Below, piece by piece: positions 55,390 to 64,000 of a stretch of 64,000 bases of DNA (the first letter of the stretch is position 1; the number at the start of each line of letters is the position of its first letter). This DNA is from the human T2T-CHM13v2.0 reference genome, Homo sapiens. The notes beneath the pieces are model-generated. The model made no database searches. It was given only the letters and a program-made list of their open reading frames with translations, and was not told the DNA's origin. The stretch lies in the NCBI RefSeq assembly GCF_009914755.1, contig NC_060925.1; one strand, given 5' to 3'. Position numbers and translations under genes: made by a program.

Positions 55390-56350
55390 TGGAAACAAAA
55401 TGGATTAGAGCAAAGCAGAGTAGATGTGGAAGGACCAGGTGGGAGATGATTGTGTTAAGCAAGGTGGGAGGTAATGGCAGCAAGGACTAGGACAGTTTCA
55501 GTAGAGATGGAGAAAAGGAAACCAACTCAAGGTTATTTTGAGTTACAATCTAAAGGACTTGGTGACCAATTGGATGAGGGAAGTGGGGGAGAAGGAAGGG
55601 ATAAGGATGAAGTCTCTGCTTCTGGTTTGGGCTAAAAGGTGGACAACAATGCCATCCACTGAGATAAGATATGTAGAAGCTGGTTCGAAGTGAAGAAGCA
55701 GCAGATTAATTCAATTTCCTAGGGGCTGAGGTTGAAATGCCTGCAAAACACCCAGGTGGAGATGTCCAGAAGACAGTTGGATATACGGCATTGAGGAGCA
55801 AAAGAGAGGCTGGAGATAATGATCAGAAGTCATCAGCATATAGATGATGATTGAAGCCACAGGAGTGAATAAGGTTTCCCAGGGAGAGGACCTCAAACAA
55901 AACAGGAACATCTGGAGGATGTACAGTGGAAGAACACCCAGCATACACAGAGATAGGTAAGAAAAATTACAAAGTACAGTGCTGAGAAAGGCAAAGAAAG
56001 ATGAGCGCCTCAGAGTGGCAAATGCTTTTGAGAAGTCAAAGGAGGTAATGATTGAAAAGGATCCATTAAATTTAGCAATCAGACAATCTTAGCAAGAGCT
56101 GGTTTCTGGAATGGTGAAAGCAATAGCAAGATGGAAGGGAGCTGGGGAGTTGGTGAGAGCAGAGGGAAAGGAAACATTTAATATTCAAAACTCTTTCAAG
56201 GAGTTTGGCTGTGAAGAAGAGTAAAGGGACAGGAAAGCAACATCTGAGGACCACAGGATTTTTGTGAATTGTTGTATTTTAATGGGAGAGACTTTAGCAT
56301 ATTTTGAATGCTGACAGGAAGGAGTCACTAAAGATGAAAAGAATGGAGAT
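55390..56350. mobile_element. L2 fragment
   Basis: Purine-rich L2 body: ggtggagatgtccagaagacagttggatata, aactctttcaaggagtttggctgtgaag. Confidence 0.65.
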
Positions 56351-58099
56351 GTGAGGTGGGAACAGGGCGGAGTGTGGGTGTTCAACACAGAGAGAGCCTT
56401 GACAAAGCTTAAAGGGATGGATCCAGAGCAGCACAGGAGCAGGCAGTCTTCCTGCATGGTAACAAGGTCTCAAGTAGCTGCCTTGAAGAATGGGAGAAGG
56501 AACTAGAGTGCCTCTTACCTCTTCCATTCAGGAACCAACTGGCTATACTATACATAGTTCATCAAAGATGCCCTTTTCAACCACACATTGTTCAAAAGAC
56601 TATTGTGTACAAATGTAATCTGAAAAATTACTGTTGTGAAATAATTACCCTAAAATTGAAGTAGTATATAAATATAAAATAGGCTAAATTGACATTTTTA
56701 TAAATTAACATTTCTTAACATTTTTAATGTTCTTTAAAGAATAATCTACATGGAACACTGGCATAAGCCACCTTTGCTAAAGGAGGACTAGCCAAACACT
56801 ATCACTAACACTCCCCATGGGACCATGAGTACAGAAGCATGCCTGGTGAGGATCATGAAGAAGTCTGTCCTGGCTCCACCAGCCAGACCATGACAGCATG
56901 GGCCAGACTAGCTGCGGTGACACTGATTGCCACCCTTCCTCTTTTTCCTTGCTAACAGAACCGTGATTTTGTTCACTTCCAAAGTAAATAGTTGTTTAGG
57001 CCTAAGAGGTGCATCTTGAGTAGTTCAAGCCAATTTTGTTTATGAATGGGCAAGAGCCCAATTCTTGCTGATAAAACTAAAAGGGAAAGTCTGCTGGAAA
57101 AGTTTTTCTCACTCTTGAGAAAAGTGATACAAGGAAGAGAATACCACTTTCAATCTCTGAATTTGCTTAATTACCTGGAACTATGCAGTCATCAAGAGAT
57201 CATGAGGTAAGCCAGCTGAGGAGGACAGAGGATGTGCTCAGGATAACAGAAGAAAAGACAGAGGAACTAGGTCCTTCAGGGCTGCCACCTGAACTGTTCT
57301 ATTAACCAACCCTGGAACTACCTTACCTTGACATTTCTATTTTAATGCCACTTCTAGTTACAATTGGTTAGTATGGCAGAATGAGACCAAAATGGTTGAA
57401 CTGCAACAAAGAGAAACTGGAAAAAGACAGAAAATGACAGAGAGTAAGTATTTGCTATTCTATGAATAAGAACAGTTTTATTAGATAATCCATTAAAAAA
57501 TAAGGGGGAAAGGATTCTGGTGGGAAGAAAGATTAGAAAAAAGACAAAGAGTATGAGATAAGTTCCACTAATGTCTCTTTTGCCCACTTCATCTTTCATG
57601 GAAATGGACTACATCGTCTTTATTTCTCTAATTCTCTGTGTGTCACTGATCATTAACTTTTACTTCTCAGTCTGTGACTCATTCTGTATCAGATGTCAGA
57701 ATTCTACTAATAGCTCCTGGGAGAGAAAAATACAAATCCTAATTACTCACTGAGGATAGCCACTCATTCTACAATCAGGCACTGGCAGCTCATTAGGTGG
57801 GCTAGATACCCTTCCCCACTTCACAATGGAGGCAGTCAAGATACCTCCAGGGAAGAAATGTCTGTTTTACCAACTCCAGCGGCTCATCTACATCTAGGGA
57901 TTTAAAAATCACCTTCTAAATCTATAGCACATACAATCCTAAGCTTCACTGCCCTGTAATCCTGTTCAAATGCCTCAAGAAGAGCTATATTTTAATGCCC
58001 CTCCACCTCTCCACCCTACCCTGCCCCTCCACCTATACCTCCTACCTACCCCTGCCTATAACCACAAATTAATAGTGCCTCAAATGGGGCTAACCTTCA

Positions 58100-58860
58100 G
58101 CTAAATCAGCTCTCCTTACCACTTATTTCAATTCTGTCTTATGATCTATGATCTAGACAACTTGGGGTCATCCTGAAGCCTCCTTTTCCTTCATTCCGCA
58201 ATATCTCATTATTTCTTTCACAGTGTCTCTCAGCTTTACCCACACATTTCACTCCCATTGTCTCCATCATAATCTAGATGCTCACATATCTCAACCACTT
58301 CAACCACACCTTAGCTCATGGTCTCTGGCTCTACTGTCTCCCACTTGCCACTCCCTTTGTCATGGTGCCACCTCTGCCCTCAGGAGCCTGCCCACAGTGG
58401 CTCTCACACCAAGCCCCAGATCTTCTGGAGGGGTTTCAAGGCCCTCCCCAGTCTGGCTCCGTCGTATCCTTCTACCTTCTTCCAGTCAATCTGACAAATT
58501 GGACACTGTCACATACTCACACTGTGTTCTCCCAGCTCTGGGATTTCATCACGCTGACCTTCCCACTTGGGGTGCTCAGCATCCCCTGAATGTGCTTTCC
58601 TAAATCCTATTCATTCCTCTAGGCTCAGCTCAAATTTCACCTCCTCCCTGAAGATTTTGTGACCAGTCCAGTTCTTTCTTCTTTGAACTGATTGTCTTTA
58701 GCATACTCTTTAGCATCTGATTATCCTAATAAAGGTCCATTCTCTCCCTGACCAGGCCATGCTGCTTGTCAGAGAAACCATGTCCTACACTTCTTGCAGG
58801 CCCTCACAGTAGTAGTGGACTCCTGTAGGTAGGGATGAAACAACTATTTGCTAACTGAAT
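58100..58860. mobile_element. L2 fragment(s)
   Basis: cttggggtcatcctga and aggctcagctcaaatttcacctcctcc motifs. Confidence 0.5.
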
Positions 58861-59131
58861 AATCAACATTCAAGGGATATCTTGTCTCTTTTCTTACAGT
58901 TCTAGTAATTGAGGAGTCTAGGGAGGAGGCAGGGGTCAGCAATGTCCTGCAGCCTTTGGAAAGCATGAATGTACCCTAAAAGATATCTGACATAGCTGGA
59001 AGGATCCCATTTCTGGAACAGAGAAAACTATTTTCCAAAGACACATCACTGAACTGACTGTTCTTAACAACAAGGAACCACTGTGGGGGCCCGAGACAAG
59101 CATGGGCAGGGCAGTCTGGAACTACATTTAC

Positions 59132-59308
59132 CACTGTGGCTTCCTCCAGTGGAGTCACTTGGTGCCAAGGGAGGTGGATGCGGCTTGTCCATCAGCATGC
59201 CAGATGAGGGGGCTCCTCCCAAAGGGACAGAGGGGATGGAGTAAGGGCCGGGGACACCGGAGACAGAGGGAGGGTACCCGGCCTTTGCTGCTTTCCCTGC
59301 TTCATACA
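59132..59308 (-). CDS. ILDR2: ILDR2 exon 6 (177 nt): (L)YEAGKAAKAGYPP...DSTGGSHS
   Basis: ctccacag acceptor, G|GTAAAT donor, phase 1-1. Confidence 0.95.
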
Positions 59309-60421
59309 CTGTGGAGGGAGATCAAGAGCAAGAGAGATTACGTCGTCCCACCCTCCACAACCCTCACACCAAAAATCCCTGAGGATGCACTTCAGGGAGC
59401 TCCTGGATGTGTGTATGTGCATGTGTGAGCGTTTGTTCTTCTAAAACTGAACTGATTCATCAGAATCACTCTCCCCCACTCCCTCGGACTCTCCAGCTCC
59501 ACCAAACGGCAACGACAAAAGGAATTACAATGTTTAGTACCTGGCAACTAAATAATTAAGTGGTTCTGGGAGCTGTCACAGCAGCATCCCCAGTGACAGC
59601 AGCAGCCCACTCTTACCCACACTGTCTGGAGGCTGCCTCGGCCCCTCTGGAGGCAGCCTAGCACAGGGACTGCCCAGGGCTGCTTCAAGGAGGATCCTGA
59701 ACCTTCTCTTGAGAAGGAAAGCAAGTAATGGGCTTGCACATGGTCCTTGCTCTGTGATTTCAAAAGCAGAGCAAATAACCTGAGTCTTCCTAGAAACTGC
59801 TTTATTCCTGAAGACACTAAAGATAACTGGTGTGCCTCTCTCTTTCAAGATGTGTTTGGTTTATGGGAGGGGTACCAAACTTAATGTCTATATGGGCTTG
59901 GCCAGTAAGGTAAAAATTGTGAATCCTCAAATAAGAACTAGGCCCTATTGTGGCCCATGTCATCATGGGAGTAAATAAAACAAATCTGTGGCTGGGTGGG
60001 TGCCCAAAGGCCACAGTTTGCACACTCTTCTCATATAAAAAGGAACTTCTCTGCATGGGAAGGGAACGACCAGAGAAGGTTTCCTCTAGTTTGAATGCCC
60101 CAGGGAGAGGGAACAGTCTTACACCACAACCTCACCACGCCAAACCTGCCCTTCCATTTTATCAATAGTGTCCATGAGAATTCCAAATGCATGGAGTGAT
60201 AGATATGGATAAGAAGTGTGGAGAGGTGTATGTAGGTGAAAAGGCAAATGAGAATGGTCATCCCTGAGGCCAGGGGCACCCAGCGGAGAAGAGTCTGGAA
60301 TGACCAATCTTGGGGGTGGCAGGACAGGAGGTGGAGGAGGAACCCAGCGCACACAGCTGTCAGGTAGAGAGGTAGACATTTCTCTCGATCGCTCTGTCTC
60401 CCCAGCGGTCACTGTACTCAC

Positions 60422-60568
60422 AGGCTTGAGGGCAGCAGCAGGAATCTGGGCAGCATGGGCAGCGGACATAGCAGCAGCAGCTGTGAGGGCAGCACTGGCA
60501 CCAGCAGATCCCCACCAGGACGAAGAAGAGGAAGACGCCCAGGAGCACCAGGCCAACAAACACCCACT
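60422..60568 (-). CDS. ILDR2: ILDR2 exon 5 (147 nt): transmembrane helix plus Cys-rich juxtamembrane region
   Basis: (E)WVFVGLVLLGVFLFFVLVGICWCQCCPHSCCCYVRCPCCPDSCCCPQA, the LSR/ILDR family signature; cttccag acceptor, GTGAGT donor. Confidence 0.97.
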
Positions 60569-63344
60569 CTGGAAGGATGCACAAAGAAATCCACACTCGA
60601 GGCAGCCCACCTCCAGGGCAGGGTGCACTTTGATTGGCATCTCCCGGTGAAAGGGGGAGAGGAGGAGGGACCTAGGGAAGAAAGCTTCTCTTAACAGGAG
60701 ACAGAGCCCCAACACTCAAGAGGAACTCTGAGAGTCAGGAGTGCAGACCCTCAGTCCCGGGGAATGGAGAAGAGGGAAGAAGGTTATCTATGTTACATTG
60801 GGTACATGTAATAATCGGCACAAAACAATGTGGGGATTTCAGAGTCCTATACTGGGGAAAGGATTTACACTATTGACTGTAGCATCAGAATAAGGATGGG
60901 ACCAGAGCTGAAAGAATCCTGGCTGGGGGGAAGGAGAACCTTGTCTGCTGGGCTACGAAGTGGTGGGTTCTGTGAATACTTATTTTTATTTTTGTCAAGT
61001 TAATCCTCTCTATAAAAGTCTAAGTCCTGAGGAAACAGTCTCTATGTCTAGGGGTCTAGATGTAGTTTATAGTTAGGTGGTTCCAGGCCCCTTTTGTAAT
61101 GTATTCACCTGCTTTCCCTGCTGACTGTCCCTAGAACAGCTTTCCTGTACTCAGCACCAGTTCTGAGATCCAAACTCTTTGCTTATACCAGGACAACAAT
61201 CCATGGCTAGAGAAAACTAGAGACGTGGTCTCCATAGAGAAGACACTGTCCCCGTGAACAGAGAATGAGTTTGGTTTGATCACACTCAAGCTGCCCATGC
61301 TAGGCAGCCAACATAGCCAAGGGCTCAAGTGGCTCTGAGCTTGGATAAATGGCAAGGCTGACATGTATATCTGGGTATGTTTGTTAACTCCGCCTCTTTC
61401 ACAGCTCTGCCAGAAGCTGAATGTGAATTCCATTTCATTTGCCCATCCAAAAGATTAAGAGAAAGGAAACAAATTGCGAGTGGCTTAGATAAAAATTACT
61501 GTGGCCCTCAGGTGACTTGTCTCAGCATCATACTTTAGAGACTTGGCTACAGGACCCAACTTCCCCTGGAGGCCTGGACAGACTGGGGAGAGCCATGCTT
61601 TCCTTTAAAAGCCAAAAAGACTAAAGCAATTCATTTTGGTTAAAAGCCATCTATCCCAAATCCCTTTACAATGAACCTCAAGCACACATTGTTTTTCTTA
61701 GATTTTGATTATCAAATATTCCTTCAATTAAATGGACATTCCTGGGAGCTTGAGAATATGATATTTTTATTAAATAATGGGTTGTATAATAATGGTTAAC
61801 AAAATGACTTTGTTTAGATCATAATTTCCTCAGAGAGGAAACAAACAACATGTTTCCTGAATGTCCCTCCTCACTAATCTTTCTGAAATACATTCAAATT
61901 AAACAGGTCAACATCTCTTCAGTGAGGGAATGGGAAGGCCTTGTGCCTGGCTGGAGTGGCCTAGAGAGCATTCATGCCGAGGACAATCGATAGCAGAAGG
62001 CTTTGGCCTAAGCCTTAGTAACAACACAATAATGCAACATAGCCTGAGATAGATAGGAGCTCTTAGGTTTAGATGAGCTGTATGAAGTGGTGGCTACAAC
62101 TTGGGTCAAGCATTCAAGGATAAGACTGGAAAGTTATATGTGAGAAACAAAAGAATATTATCTGTGAAAGGATTCTTGGAATCAAAGGGAGGGAAATTTA
62201 GCCATATGGGGCCAGATATGAAAAACACAGTAACTCTTTCTTGAGACTGGGACATGTAACATCTAGTTTCAAGCACTGCAATGTAACATTGTTTTTGTGA
62301 TGAACAAATGCTTACAAATTGAGGGAATTCTGGATAAGGGGATTACAAAGAGGCATACATTTGTGTCCTTGGGAGCAACATCAGTAAAAAGAATGTCTGT
62401 GTTTGGGTTGGCCACCTAATGGAAAGGGACTAGAATTCATAGACGAATAATTAGTGAAGCTCAATGGTAAAGAATCTGGATGTTTTTAAAAATTTGGATT
62501 AAGCTAAAAACCAATACCCAGGGATATTTTATATCTCTGTTGCTATTAGGCAGCTCTTAAAACTTTGGCAGAAACCCTCCAAGACAAGACTAAATCATCC
62601 CTTTTCCTACTGTTTGAGTTTAGATATGTTCTTCCCCACAGTTCATTCTTGCTTCTCTCTGTGCCTCCCTCAACTGCAGACCATAAAGCTGTACCAAACT
62701 GATGTTGGCTTGTCTAGGTTGGTGGATTCAACTGAAGGTACATAAAAAGACAGAGATGTATGTTCGTCCCAGATGTCCTTCACATATGGTCCGTGGACCC
62801 ATAGGGATTCGAAGGGACTAATAAGTCCCTGAAATTGTGTACAAAGTAATGTAGGTCTGCAAATTTGTATTTTTCAAGGGAGGAGGGGTACATAGCTTTC
62901 CTAAGGTTTGAAAAAAAAGTTTGATGATGTTATAAAAGGCAATTCAGAGTAACATGGTTGTACAATAATGAATCAGTAAACATATAACTTAGGAAATAAG
63001 GAAGGCAGATAAATACTGATTCTATTAAAAATACTTTTAGGTATATGGGTACAGCTGAAATACTGAAATGGGCATGGAGATTGCCAAAGAGCCTGCATGC
63101 CTGACACTGAAGGACTGGGTTGCCATCTCAGCCTATTTTTAATTATCATTATTCTTTTAAGGCCTAGTAACAGAAGGAATGCAATTTAAAAGCCCTTCCA
63201 ATGGGTTTAGTTAATCCTGGAAAAGATCAGAGACATATAGACAAATGTGGCAATAAAGTAAAGAAGCAATTAGCGACTAATGCAGAAGCAAGACAGATGG
63301 AATAACAGCAAATCAAGCAAATAAAGAGTTAAATGACCGAATAC

Positions 63345-63401
63345 CTGGCATAATCTCCACAGCAAAACTGGGCAAGAGATCAGCAAGCAGCCCTGTCCTG
63401 C
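63345..63401 (-). CDS. ILDR2: ILDR2 exon 4 (57 nt): (G)RTGLLADLLPSFAVEIMP
   Basis: cttcttctag acceptor, CAG|GTAT donor, phase 1-1; joins exon 5 as ...IMPEWVF. Too short for the ORF track. Confidence 0.9.
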
Positions 63402-64000
63402 CTAGAAGAAGTGGAAGGAAAAGAAGAAGGAAAGTGGTTATTCCAAGGGAAAACATAGCCTAAAGCCTGGCTCCAGTTGGTACCATCCACACGTGCGGCC
63501 ATTAGTGCATGCTCTTTGTGATATGAGAAGCACATCACCAAAGCTAGGCTGAGACAAGAGAATGACTTTCCCTGTCAATCTTTGGCAGCCATCTAAGTGA
63601 ACTCTGCACCTAAACTAAGCGGAAGCAGAAACAGAACTTTCTCTCCAACTATTTATAGGAGGAGGAAATCTCTGCTTGAGCAGACTGACATACACTATCT
63701 CCATTCATTTATACATCCGTCTCCATACACTTCATTGGAAAGTCAAGCCCGTCTGTATCCAAATGTTCAATCTACATTTTCATACATCCATACACAGTCC
63801 TATGTCCATATAAAAACAAAAGTACATATTTGGTTTTAACTCAGAATTATCTCACTACATGATTCTATTTGTGGCCTAAAGATATTTCAATGATTAAAAT
63901 TTTCAAAGGCAAGGGAAAGATAAAACTAGATCAGTTACACATTCCTCTACACTCCTTCTGGCTTCTGAAATACACTGTACATATGTAGATGGTATGGCTT

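Noticed and set aside
60119-60715. 198-aa and 116-aa ORFs overlapping exon 5
   Set aside because: Alternative-frame and antisense readings of the Cys-codon-rich exon.

Overview
Primate genomic DNA, recognisably the human TADA1-ILDR2 interval (chr1q24 from recall, not verified here). The window opens inside the first coding exon of TADA1 (minus strand, ATG at 65-67) with its CpG-rich promoter. About 30 kb of repeat-rich intergenic DNA follows (Alu, L1, L2, MIR, MER DNA transposons, MaLR/ERVL/ERV1 LTRs), including a solo LTR12-family LTR with an expanded 66-bp tandem array and an orphan CpG island at about 7.8-8.5 kb. The right half holds the last seven coding exons of ILDR2 (angulin-3, minus strand). 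They splice in frame through GT-AG junctions to the C-terminus ...NDFPTRMSLVV* and are followed by a long 3' UTR. No prokaryotic-type system or new protein-coding gene is supported. The most unusual unexplained structure is a non-repeat 42-bp near-perfect inverted repeat in the ILDR2 intron after exon 7. In the pre-mRNA it has AAUAAA in its loop and a single A-C mismatch, and it sits next to a template-switch-like scar. Repeat subfamily calls and boundaries were made by eye and are approximate; ILDR2 exon numbers are from recall.
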